The position numbers and the translations under genes were made by a program. A DNA stretch of 64,000 nucleotides from Laetmonice hystrix (lineage: Eukaryota): the NCBI GenBank assembly GCA_965235115.1, contig OZ249436.1, forward strand, positions 48,734,001 through 48,798,000. Reading direction: 5' to 3'. A model generated the notes under the pieces. The model searched no databases and was not told where the DNA came from. It worked only from the letters and a program-made list of their open reading frames with translations. The number at the start of each line of letters is the position of its first letter. The first letter of the stretch is position 1. This document shows, piece by piece, positions 8,997 to 21,125 of the stretch.

Positions 8997-11900
8997 TCAT
9001 GATGTATTAACATTTTCTTTGGGCTGACTCTCTTTGTCTTCGTCTTCTTTCATTTTTTTCAGCATCTCCTCGGCTTGTTTCGTCTGCTTGGTGAGTTTTC
9101 GTTTTTTGGCTCGTAGCTCCATGTCTTCTAGGTCACTAGAGAAGAGAGCTTTGAGGGCGGGCATCAATATGGGTAACACCTTAAGGTCCGTCTGTCTCAC
9201 CTGACATCAAAAGACATTTCAATGTACCGCATACACAACCACAACCTGAAGCAAACGACCTCAACTTTTCATTCATGGCCCCAAGTTTCGGCAACGTACC
9301 ACTAAATCTTTTTTTTTAACTTTTGGAATTTTCGGGATTAATAGGAATACTTTTGGAAGTTCAGATTTTTCTTGACCCGGGATATGCAAATCTTACCCGA
9401 GGATTATTCTTAATTTTCTGGAATAGATGACTTTATTCTGGCCATAGTAGACATGTATCTCATCCCTCTCACTGCCAATATTATAAAGAGTTGCAAGGAC
9501 TGATAACATTTTATTTACCAATACTAATGTAAACTGAATACAAACCCTCATATTGTCAAAGGCAATGCCGACTCGATCTGTGAATTTCTTGTTAAATAGT
9601 GGCACCTTGGCATATCGCTGGCTAAAGTGAGTCAGGAGAATAAACTTGGCATTCATCTGAAGACCCATGTCAATGGCCTGGGATGTGGTGCTGCAACATT
9701 CATGGTCAACGAAAAATTCGAGTTAATTTTCCATAACATGCTTTCATAATATCTGGACAAAATGCTCCGCCATAGAGACTGTGGCATATTCAAAGCTATC
9801 CTGGTCCCCATTTCTCAAGGTATTAAAACTTATACCAGGGTAGTTAAAAATTTTACCAGAACACAGGTTACATGAAAAAAGTCCAACACCTTCCTGAACA
9901 CAAAAACCTGTCCTAAAATATACCTCCTTCGTCAGAGCTTATAATTCTAAGATCAACCCTAATTGTCAAGATAAAAAACTGATTCTCCACTACATACCTA
10001 TGCCTCTTCATTTTGGCCTCACTCTCAAGCTCATCCTCCATGGTGGCCTCATGAATCAGTACATCACAGTCTTTTCCTGTCATAACGTAGTTCACAGTAT
10101 CATTTTTATATTTACACTAATAACCATAAAGTTATGTTTGACTGCTCTTAAATTGTCGTTAGTACAGTATTCTCCCCAATTCAAGAAGAAATTTGTAGAA
10201 ATATGTTTATTCGTGCAGTGTTCCCATCACAGAAATATTTATTCGTCCAGTGTTCCCATCAAACATGAACTTACCGATGTGGACGAAGTCAGTGCAAGGC
10301 ATGGTATCCCCAGAGTAGGCCATTTTCCAACCATCAACGTGGGTAAGGGCTACACCATAGGGAAACTGGGGATGTCGCATTCTGGCAAATTCTAACTGTT
10401 AACACAAACCATGCAATCATATCACACCATTATGGACCTGGTTAAGTAAACACTCAAACAGACTAAACGTGTGTCCATCAAAGCAATGCTATCAATATCA
10501 TCTAGTCAGCAACATTTCGAGGGTGATATCACATAATGCCACAGTTTTTAACATTTTCTTTGACTTTTTAACTGAATTCATCGTTCAGGACATCTTGATT
10601 ACAACCCAATGCATACAATAACAGCATATGTATCCACAGTTTTAATAGATGAAGATTTATTACCAGTTTGGGTTGACAGGTTCTCTTTGGTTTGACAGGT
10701 TAACTTTGGTTTTATCTTTAGTTTAACAAGAGGATATATGGTTTGACAGGAGGTTATCTTTGGTTTGACAGGTTGTTTTTGGTTTGACAGGTTATGTTTG
10801 GTTTGACAGGAGGTTGTTTGGTTTGACAGGTTAATTGTGGTTTGACAGGTTAACTTTGGTTTTTTGACATGAGGATATCTGGTTTGACAGGAGGTTATCT
10901 TTGGTTTGACAGGTTATTTTTGGTTTGACAGGTTATGTTTGGTTTGACAGGTGGTTATGTTTGGTTTGACATGTTGTTTGGTTTGACAGGAAGTTATGTT
11001 TGGTTTGACAGGAGGTTATCTGTGGTTTGACAGGTTATCTGTGGTTTGACAAGTTAACCCTATGCCGGCAACGTTTGTTACGTCACAGTCGTCACAGAGG
11101 CTGACCCAGTTTTGCACACCACCCCATGTGGGTGAGCCATTTTGGATTTTCGTCTCGAAAAACGTGATTTTGGGACACATAAATGTCTAAAAGACAATAG
11201 CAATCAATATGTTAGGGGGAGGAGTACAGCTACTCGACAATTGTAGTTGGGTGATTGACAGTCTTTGCTATCAATTGGCCGGATTTACGTGGAGTGGTCG
11301 GAGTAGACAAAAAAGTGCTTCAACGCATCGTCCGTCTTGGGACGGTAATGCCTCAAGGCATCGTCCGCCCTGGCACGGTAATGCCTCAAGGCATCGTTCG
11401 CCCTGAAAGGGTTAACTCTGGTTTGACAGGTTAACTGGTTTTATCTTTACTTTGACATGAGGATATCTGTGGTTTGAGAAGAGGTTCTCTTTGGTTTGAC
11501 AGGTGGTTATGATTGGTTTGACAGGAGATTATCTTTGGTTTGACAGGAGGTTCTTATTAAATCCCATGTTCGACTACAGATAAAATCCTGACGGTTACAA
11601 TGACATTTACCTTGTGAAGGGAAAGGTCCTGCATGAGTTGGTCACACTCAGCAGTCCCCTCTTTGCTGCGGTGCTCAGCCATAAACCCCTCAATCGGTAC
11701 AATCCTGCATAAAGTCAAAACTTTCTTGTAACAATGTTCAAGATGGTGAGGCAACATTTAAAAGACCTTTCTTTAAAGGAAACTTCCAGAATAATAACAT
11801 TTCTCCAGTGCAAAAAGGGGTCAATTTCTACCTGAGGGCCTGCTGATTATACACTGCTTAATGAGCAGCATTAAATGTAAAGAAAAACTGAAGGATGACA

Positions 11901-14900
11901 TCTGTAAACTCAAGGGGATGACCATTTGATTGGGAATGAAACAGGTATACAAACCGAATCATATCCCTGACTGGGAAAAGGTGCTCTTCAAGGTTATCCA
12001 GGAATGAATTAATCTGTGACGTCACCACCACTTTCAACGGTGCCGCAACCTTTCCTATCGCATGAAATGCCCTCTCACGGCCATAGACAACACCAAACAA
12101 ACCCTTTTTGATAGAAAAAGTTTTGTGGTAAGTTAAACCTGTTGCAACTTGCCAACACCCATTATGCACCTTTTTAAATAAATTTATAACTTTGAATTAA
12201 AAAGTAGTAACAAAAAGTTCACATCTCCAATTTACAGAGAAAAAAATGCTGGAGGTGATTTTAAAAGGACAGAGGTCTGTATGTCTTACCATGTGGTGGT
12301 CAGCATGTAAATGAGAGATAAACACAGTCGAGAGGTGGGTGAGTAACTCATCAGTTTGGGTGCCAAAGTGGCGACACAACTGGCCATATGTCCCCTCGCC
12401 ACAATCCAAAAGTACAATTTGATCAGACCTACAAATATAATACCTCATTTAAACAACTTGTGTATTATATAATATATGGAAGACTAAAGGAATGATTCAA
12501 ACGTACCATAGAGGGTACTTTTAAAAAACCGATCATACCTTTCATGTTTAGATGTTATCTTTGATGATGTAAGCATTCTTTTCACAGTATTTCACATTAT
12601 ACATCTCACCTCATTTTAAGGAGAATACCGCTGACGTTGCGGATCTTGTTGGGAATTGCTGATCCTGTCCCAAGAAACAATATTTCTGGAAACTGACCCT
12701 CTGATGAGTAAGAATACGTCACACATTTAATACGCTCTTCAAGTCCACGCAGTTCAGATCTAAAGGAATCATCCGCTAGAACTTCACTTGTGTAGACTTC
12801 ATTATCAATCAGGAAGCATCTGTCACTGCCAATATAAAATGACACTCAGCTATAAAAAAACACATTTCCCTTTTTAACCTCCTATAGTATGGCCATGGGT
12901 AAAGTCTTAAAACTCAGCCTTACTTGCTACTATATGAAAGTGTGTTAGGGGGATGCAAAAAATTATGCTTTTAAAAATTATGACCTTACTTAATTACAAC
13001 GCGGTATACACACAGATATAGTAGAGACAAGGCCTTAGCCTGGTAATATTATCGAACCTATGAAACCCTGTGGGTGTGTTGGTGTTCCCGCGTATAGTAT
13101 ACCGCAGGCCGGTGCACCCATAAACTAGATGGTCATCTTGACCACATCTGAAACTGTCCTGAAATAAAATACAAGTTTCAAAATGCGAAAGTCAAACCCA
13201 ATTATTATAATATAAATTAGAATAGGGTAAATAACGATAAGCTTATAAATTAACATAAAATGTATAAAGTAATTCAAGGAAAGTCACAGTGTGATAGCTG
13301 GTCATTCAAGCGGGTTCCCACTTTATGCAGGCACTTGGGCATGAACTCTTACATTCATTCATGACAAGAAAACCAGTAGTTTATGTGATGTCTACCTCTC
13401 TCTGTTTGGTTTGATGGGGAAGTAACGGGAACAGAGTCGAGTTAATGAGGTTCAACTGGGCCTGAATCCTGTAAGTTGCCTCTTGCGCCACCTGGGAGCC
13501 GTTTTCATTCAACACTAGATGGCGTGTGGTAGAATCGAACCTGAAGGACAATTAAACATGTTGTTAGAGACAGTAGCCTCTGGACTGGCACCATGAATAG
13601 ACTTAACACACTGATGGAAAGTGAACACTGCTAAGTTCATATACTGGTAACCAATGCAAATAGGATCCGTTACAAGTTGAATAAAATTATTTTGGAGATA
13701 TATCGACTCTTGTAAGAGCACAACACATACCCTTTCATCCACTGTTGGTAGTCTGGGTGTGTGTAAATGTTGTAAGGAGATAGATGGATGACAAGTTGTG
13801 GCTGACTATTCACTTTACTTGCATCTTGATATCTTTTCATCATATCACTCGTCAGCAGTGATGGCAGGTAGGCCATTGTTGGGATTTCAATCACTAAAAC
13901 CAAATATTTTCGTTTACACACTGAAAATTAGTTACGACACCTTTCTGAAGGACATGAAAGTCTCATCTGTCGCAAAAAAAGAGAGAAAATATTTCACTGT
14001 TAATTGAAATACATGTACATACATTATAATCAATATTGAAGATCTTATCTGGGGTGCGTTTCTCATTATGTTGTTAGCTTGTCGTATCATTAACTCCAAT
14101 GTATATTCAATGGGGATTTTAAACCACGACAGGATAACGATAGATGAGAAACGTGCCCCAGTGGACTATGCATATGATGAACAATCATCGAAGATACCTG
14201 ATCAAACATTTTTAGATGACATTCCAATCGTTTTACCTTGTTTTATTTAATAATTTACATGTACTGCTTCAACATTCAGTTTACAATACACCTTAAAGTC
14301 GATCCTACTTGCCTAGGAAGGGTTTTGCGTGTTCATGCTGAGTAACAACTTGATCTGGAGTTACCTATAAACAAATACCAGGTTTAATTCAGAGATAATT
14401 CTGACGGGATTCCCTGTAAAACATGTTTATCCTATAACCTCTATCTCAAAGCAATCTCACCAGAGCATGGCAGGACTGGGCACCTTTGTATGAAAACTCT
14501 AGTAGGGTGTTTTAAACCATGGAAAACCATTCTGAGGGTAAGAATATCCAAGACTTCAGCAAATGCATCACAGTTCAAAAGCTTGTATGATGCTATAAAA
14601 TTTTATGTTTTTAATTTTTTCTCCCTTTTATTGTAGCTAGGTGTTGGGGGCCCTGAACCTCTATGTAAAATCACACAATAGGGATGAACCTGAAGTGGTT
14701 TATTGAAAATATGCAAATCATTCTTGATTGAAGAAATGTTTCTTGATTATTGGTGATGCATTTTAGTGTATTTCTTTGAAATGTTGGTGCTTCAAACATC
14801 CTTAAGATACTGACCACTCTGCCGTCCGGTAATGTGACTTCTTTACCAGCTTTCAGCTTTCCCAGCAATGGTCCTCTACAAGTAAATTTTTTGTACTAAA

Positions 14901-17900
14901 CCTTTATAACCAAGCGTCCCACGTGTTTATCATGGATAATTTAAGAAACTGACATCCTGTAAAATTCTGGCATTTTCTATTATCATTATGAAGGACGTAC
15001 TGCCTTTCTTAGACACCAAAAGCTACAAGTATGTCATGACATATCTGTAATGTTATACAAGCAATAAGTTTCAAAGAATATAGGCCTACAGGATTATATC
15101 CACTAACCTTGGGATGCCCAATTCAACACATTTCATGATGTCCAGACTCCCCTCCTTTGATTTGGGCTACCGATTTGGGATAAGTAAACCTACATTACTG
15201 GCTGCATTTAGAGTAAAAGCCTTGATCTCTGCTTCATACAATACTTTCTCTATGTGACAATGTTCCTTATGCGAGGATTAACCTAAATTATCACCAAACC
15301 ATATAACTGACCACTAATTAACTTCAATGAGACTATCACGTAATATCAGATAAAGTGAAATTTAGAATGTGTTGGACCAAATAGAAATAGACTAATTTGT
15401 TTGATGTTAAAAAAAGTCTTACTTACTGAGCAAAGATACGCCACCACCATATCAATTTCACCACTCACTCCACACTTTGGACTGACTGAAAAATGTAATA
15501 CACTTAACATTAACACAGTATCATCATAAACTACTACTATTCGACAAGAGGTTACATATCAGTTAAGCTTTACAAAATACCGCAGAGCAATAAGTAACAA
15601 GTTTTAAAATGTCTACGGAATGGGGGAAAATGTCCAGACACAACCTCAATTTGTTATCAATTTTTAATTAATCAATAAATGCCTCTATTGATACTGCTTT
15701 TTGGGGTGGTACTTATTGCTGTCATCAGTGTCAATAAAAATTATAACTATAAGACCATACCTATGTCAGCATTCTGTCCTTCACTTGTTTTTGCAGGTAA
15801 CAGTGGAATGTATTGTATTTTCATGGCTGTATCCTCATACAAATGACTGGACATGTCTGCCTTTTCTGCAAGCCAAATAGCAAAATATCATCAATCTTCT
15901 TCAACTCTAAAGGCCAGGCCACACAGACCGACCCGATCGTCTGCGACGATCGGGTCGGTATGCATCGGTCTGTGTGGCCGGGGCAGTCAACGCGCATCGG
16001 GCAAAATCAGCTGACGGGTTCGTTGCGTCGGGAATGTTGAGATTTTGAACATCTACGACGCGACAATTCCGTCGGCAGTGCACAGCGGGTGTTAAACTGC
16101 AGAGGGCGCACGCGTCGTTTATCAACTATTCCCCATGGGACACCACTGGCGTTCCGACGATCGCGTCGTCGTCTGTCTGACCGGCCCATGAAATACGGGG
16201 CCGACGGAATCGTCTTTACCCGTCGGGGACTCCGCTGGTTTATGCCCGACGATCGGGTCGTAAGGCCTGTGTGGCCGGGCCTTTACTTTACTTCCTCTAT
16301 TGCAAGCAAATGAATGGTGACTTATATCTAAAGACAAAAACTTACCAATCTCAATTCCCTTAAGTTGGGCGAATCCACGAGTCATGGTCAGTAATTTTTC
16401 CTAAGAAATAAGAAATACTCTTGTAAATGGTGATGAGAAAAAAGGTAAGAGATTAAATTGAATCTTAATCCCCTTCAATTTGTTCCGAATATGCCACAAT
16501 TTGCTACATGAACAGTCCTGGGGTGCGTTTCACAACCGCTTGTCGTGCGTTAACTCTAAGCTTGTCGTAAACTTAACGATTAACGACAAGATCTACGATA
16601 CCCCGTTGCACAACCCTTGTCGTGCGTTGGCTTGTCATGCGCTTGCATATCGCTGTTGCTAACGTCACAAATCTCTCAGCGGAGATCATTGTTCAATACA
16701 ACGTCGCGACACAGTTTGCGTAAACCGGATGGAGCTGTTGTTTATGTTTGCAAACACTGAATTTTTTGACACGTATATAATAAATACTCCTAATCGCGTT
16801 TGAAACACATCATGTGGTGACTCGAAACTGTTTTTGCTTCGTTTTGTGTTGTGGCGGTGCCTTGGCCGCCGACGATTGTGACGCCCTCTAACGTTAGAAT
16901 GTGGTATCTATGCTGGACTGTCCGTCGACTGTCAGTGAGATGCTCGATCGGAATCAGCCATCCTACTTGCTATTTGGTTCTTTTTGGTTCTTTTTTCCCA
17001 CGCAATTCTTAAAAGAGGCCATATGAAGCCGAAAACATTAGTATTTACATGTTAGATAAAAGGACTGATTAATTTTTGAGTCTTTACGACAGCTAACGAC
17101 AGGGTCAGAGCTGTCTTTATTTTGGCCTTGTTCTACGACACCGTCGTACAGATTTTTACGCACGACAGGGGTTGTGAAACACCTCTGTCGTAAATTGACA
17201 GTTTACGATTATTTAACGCACGACAAGCGGTTGTGAAACGCACCCCTGCACAACTAAGGCATATACATCAGTACTTTGTCAGTCTTGAACCACAATTGGT
17301 AAGATTTTTTTGCTCCTCTCCAGCATTTTCTTTTAGTTTATTTGATGGATATATTTTTGGGGCAGCTTTAAACACCTAATGGTATCTCTACATCAATATT
17401 TCATCCCCCCATATTACATAAAAACAACGTTGACAAGACAAGTTTTCAGGAGTCTGCAACCTGTCGTTGGAGAGATGAGTGATGGGCTTCCATACTTACT
17501 GTGCCTGGTGGACCATGAATAGTGACCTTCGGGATGCCAATTCCTTCCAGTGAAAGTGCCATACCTAAAATACAGAGGAAACTTTTCTCTGCAATTCTTC
17601 CATCTTATTAGTTATGGAAATTTTAAATCATTTTTGCATGTTTGTAAATTATAAAGTGGATGCTTCAAAATGATATCCCTACTTTGGTTGTGGGTTCACT
17701 TCAAGATAGGAAAAAACGACTTAAAAAAAACAAACAAATGTATTGATCCATTATGCTAATAACCACAGAGCATTTCACTGTTAAGTACTGAAAAATTTCT
17801 TTCAACAAACCTAAAAGTCCCCCAACATTTTCCCAACTTTTGTGTGTGATGAAAATATTGTCCAGCTTAGCAAGCTTCATTCTGAAAATAGGAAAAATGA

Positions 17901-19525
17901 AATATGAAGTGGCACAACAAGGTAAAGATAGCATCCCTCCCAGAGCAGTTTCTTTACGACAGGTAATGCAATTCTCTCTGCTACTATGAAATACAAGTAC
18001 CCCTAGTACTTATTCATATGAAGGGAAGTCTGACTACAATTTAAAGACTCACTTGTGCTCCATCGCAATCCTCTGTGTTCCTTCTCCACAGTTGAAAAGA
18101 TATCTGCAAAAGGCACACATAATATCCCTCTATAAAAAATCATTATAAAAAACATATTAAAATTAAACTTTTCGATATAAGGGGAATATACATGGAATGC
18201 TCTCACAACTGGGCCATGTTCAGTTGAAACTTTTTTTAAAACTGGCAGACCAGTCAATGCTAATTCAGTCCGATGGTCGGTGGTACTTTTCACTGCAGAC
18301 TTCCTCAGACTACTTCAAATCACCACGGACTAATGACCGCGGGTTAGAGTTTGGAAGTGTACTTTTATCCGGCATTTGGCAGAGTAATGTGACCATTAAG
18401 CTTCAATCCTATTGGATAATGCCCTATGGGCAAATAGGCGACGATGCTATAGTATAGGCCTATCCAATTTGAGACAAAAACTTTATCATGGTTTGATGCC
18501 AAACAGTCATAGGCTACAACATCTGGCAAAAAAATGCAGTCAGTAGTCAGTCTGCGGATATCGAACTAATTTAGTCTGCAGTAATAGTCTGCGGTGATTA
18601 GTCCACAGTCATTAGTTCAGAGTCCACGGTTGTTCTCGGTAGTCTGCAGTGAAAAGGGTTGCCAGAGGAGTGTGCTACGTGAGGAGTGTGCTACTCATTC
18701 TGTGCTACGCAACTCAGCCGGGCCGCCGCGGCCCCTGTGCCCGTTAACACGCGTATAAGGAGGGGTGCTATTTACTCGAACTTTACACTAGCATATGAAC
18801 ATTGCTATGTTGTAGACTCTAATCTAAGTCTGATAACGATGCGTAGCACAGTTTATGAAAAATCGTGAGTTCAAAATGAGTGTGTGCCAGCGGCAGCCTT
18901 CCCTGTCAGAGCACCGCCGTCCGTCGGGCTGCCACTCAGCGACACATTCGGCAGCCGAGGTGGCAATGGTGGTCGTCCACTTCGGCACCACCCTCCCCTC
19001 CCGACCCGGGCTCCAGTCTGCGGCCGCCCACTCCCACGCCGCCCCAAACCCGTCCCCGACCCGGCACAGGTCGCGTAGCACACTCCTCTGAAAATACCAT
19101 AGCACACTCCTCGCGTAGCAGACTCCTCTGGACACCGTGAAAAGTGGTACCCCCGACGGTGATAACCTTAAGTGCGCCATGTCAATAAAGGCAGCGCGTG
19201 GTGTTCCAGCCGCGCCTGTTCCCACTACTTGGACGTCTATGAAGTCAGGTGGTTTCATGTTACCGCTGTGAGACTGCTTATACTTAATATGTCGCAGGAC
19301 GTCACGTTTCTTGACCCCCGTCTCACTGCCCGAGGTCCCCGCCCCTGCAGACCGGTTGGACGGTCCCCCGTCGCCCTCCATCAGTTGACGTCGACGGTGG
19401 CCTTCTGCTGCCAGGAGCACTCGGCCTACGACCGTCTGTCGGCTGTAACGACGGGAACAGCTGAGGATAATTCTACACGAGTTCCAACGTATGTGGCCCA
19501 GGCCAACCGTAAACCTGGTGAACAT
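8997..19525 (-). CDS. ELAC2: Zinc phosphodiesterase ELAC2 / tRNase Z long form, about 830 aa
   Basis: Frame-consistent exons: 19167-19525, 18053-18103, 17811-17881, 17500-17564, 16346-16400, 15761-15865, 15427-15485, 15108-15166, 14815-14875, 14313-14364 (GC donor), 13731-13893, 13396-13540, 13058-13158, 12610-12825, 12290-12428, 11955-12103, 11611-11704, 10275-10395, 9998-10076, 9546-9690, 8997-9200 (2493 nt). Motifs: [11 protein letters not shown], flexible arm [34 protein letters not shown] (PxKxRN), [16 protein letters not shown] (HxHxDH), YSGDT, HEAT, HST, THFSQRY. Confidence 0.95.
10670..11550. repeat. Degenerate ~19-22-bp tandem repeat (ggtttgacagg...) in an ELAC2 intron
   Basis: More than 20 copies of ggtttgacag at 10670-11053 and 11416-11550, split by the insertion at 11058-11411. 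Confidence 0.85.
11058..11411. mobile_element. Non-autonomous piggyBac-like element
   Basis: TTAA on both sides (11054-57, 11412-15), CCCT...AGGG termini with imperfect TIR, three ~33-bp subterminal repeats; it interrupts the tandem array. Confidence 0.7.
14049..14161. mobile_element. Short MITE related to the 16521-17245 element
   Basis: Termini ctggggtgcgtttctcat ... atgagaaacgtgccccag. Confidence 0.6.
15908..16285. mobile_element. MITE (Harbinger-like or TA-target)
   Basis: TIR taaaggcc(a/c)ggccacacag; internal gacgatcgggtcg / cgacccgatcgtc repeats. Confidence 0.8.
16521..17245. mobile_element. PIF/Harbinger-type MITE with CTG target duplication
   Basis: Perfect ~33-bp TIR gggtgcgtttcacaaccgcttgtcgtgcgttaa; CTG on both sides (16518-20, 17246-48), matching the CWG preference of some Harbingers. 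Confidence 0.85.
18282..19151. mobile_element. Compound inverted-repeat insertion(s) in ELAC2 intron 1
   Basis: IR pairs ttttcactgcagac (18287) / gtctgcagtgaaaa (~18655) and ccagaggagtgtgctacg (18662) / cgtagcagactcctctgg (19131); no clear TSD. Confidence 0.6.
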
Positions 19526-20079
19526 GTAACTTTTGGTCAAACTGAGTTTCTTGGAACTATTTCAGTGGCATGTCTTCAATTCGCATATACCATTCGTTCT
19601 GCACATGGTCGGGAGCGGAACCGGAAGGCATTCCTTGGAAAAAGGTGCAACATTTTATTTGGTTGTGTCTAACTATTATAACGCACATGTTTAACGTCAG
19701 ATGGCAGCAGTAGATCAACTGGCAATTTTTGCCCGGCTGGGTTTTGCAGGGGGGGGGGGCGATGACCGTCACCTTATTTCCTGGGAAATAAGAAGACGAC
19801 AGGGAATAAAGTTCTCAGTCGATCGCTAAGCCGGGGGGGGGGGGGGGGTTGCGGTGGTAGGCCTACTATTATATTAACCTAGCCTTAATTCAATTATGTC
19901 AGTTCTGAATACACATATTCCTCCAACCCCCACCCTCACTGGGAGGCACCCTGACTGTAGTCACGACCGACGGACGAGCCCTTATCACCAGCCCTTACGT
20001 AACTCTGCCTACCGGCAGGCGGCCGCGTCACAGTAGGAGATCTGTGTACATACATAGACCATAACCATCCTAGTGGCAA

Positions 20080-21125
20080 ACATATTGTGAAGACTATACC
20101 CATTAAAACTTGGAATTCTGGCCATAGGCCCTAATACCTTTTCAAAAAGAGAACTAAACAATCAGTGGTAACTTAAATCTATACACTTTGTAATTGTTTT
20201 ATTTGCATTATGGCTATCTTAAATACGTTTCAAGATAGAGCCTGTCAACGTCAGATTAGGCCTACATATTTCATCATAAATAAAAAGATATTGGTAAATT
20301 TATGCAAAAAATTATGCAAAGTGACCAATCTTTAATAGGAGCACACATCTAGTGACCAAATAGGCCATATGATTCCTATCTCGTCGAAGCAATTTTAACA
20401 AAAAGTGCCAAAATTGCCAAATTTCAAAGTCACATGACTCTCTTAATATAAGTAAAATTCTTGATTTCTAAACGTCCCCATAAAAAGCCACCTTATGAGA
20501 CTCTTCAGACACACTTTGCCTACATATTGCAAAATATTGAGGGAGGAGATGCAAATTAAGCTGTTTAAGATCTTTGACCTAGATCTCACAAAGGTCAAAG
20601 GTCAGAGGTCAAATTCAGGTGCATGACGATTAATGCCCAAGTGCCTAATTAGGAAGTATCATCGAGATAGCTCCTACTTTTCAGGAAATTCAAGAAATGA
20701 GCCCTCCTTTGAGAAACTTTAACACGTCATAAGTTATTGACGTGACGTCATATGACGTCATCAGTCAATAGCTGATCATTTTAGTGGATGATCAATGTTT
20801 CCTGCAAGTTTCATGACGATACCTCCATAGATAACCGAGATACAGCAAAAGGTCACGACACCAATAATCAGAAGAAGAAGAAGAAGAAGAAGAAGAAGAA
20901 GAAGGAGAAGGAGAAGGAGAAGGAGAAGAAGAAGAAGAAGAAGAAGAAGAAGAAGAAGAAGAAGAAGAAGAAGAAGAATAGTGTAGACAAAACCAAGTGA
21001 TTTCAAAATCCCATTTCCCCCTTCGGGGGGGGGGGGGGAATGCGATAATCAGAAGAAGAAGAAGAAGAAGAAGAAGAAGAATAGTGTAGACGAAACCAAG
21101 TGATTTCAAAATCCCATTTCCCCCA
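20080..21125 (+). repeat. Unclassified interspersed repeat ending in a (GAA)n/(GAGAAG)n microsatellite, with duplicated 3' end
   Basis: (GAA)n at ~20870-20978 and 21052-21081, each followed by tagtgtagac.aaaccaagtgatttcaaaatcccatttcccc; block 20725-20830 recurs at ~62516-62642; AGGTCA triplet at 20592-20611. Confidence 0.65.

Noticed and set aside
14461..14498. Candidate alternative ELAC2 exon [12 protein letters not shown]
   Set aside because: 38 nt, ends in phase 2 where phase 1 is required; exon 14313-14364 fits frame and homology.
18824..19166. C-terminal part of the 238-aa ORF 18824-19540
   Set aside because: Read-through from ELAC2 exon 1 into a GC-rich repeat in intron 1; homology continues at exon 18053-18103.
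20776..21109. Poly-Leu, poly-Lys and poly-Ser ORFs
   Set aside because: Translation artefacts of the (GAA)n microsatellite.
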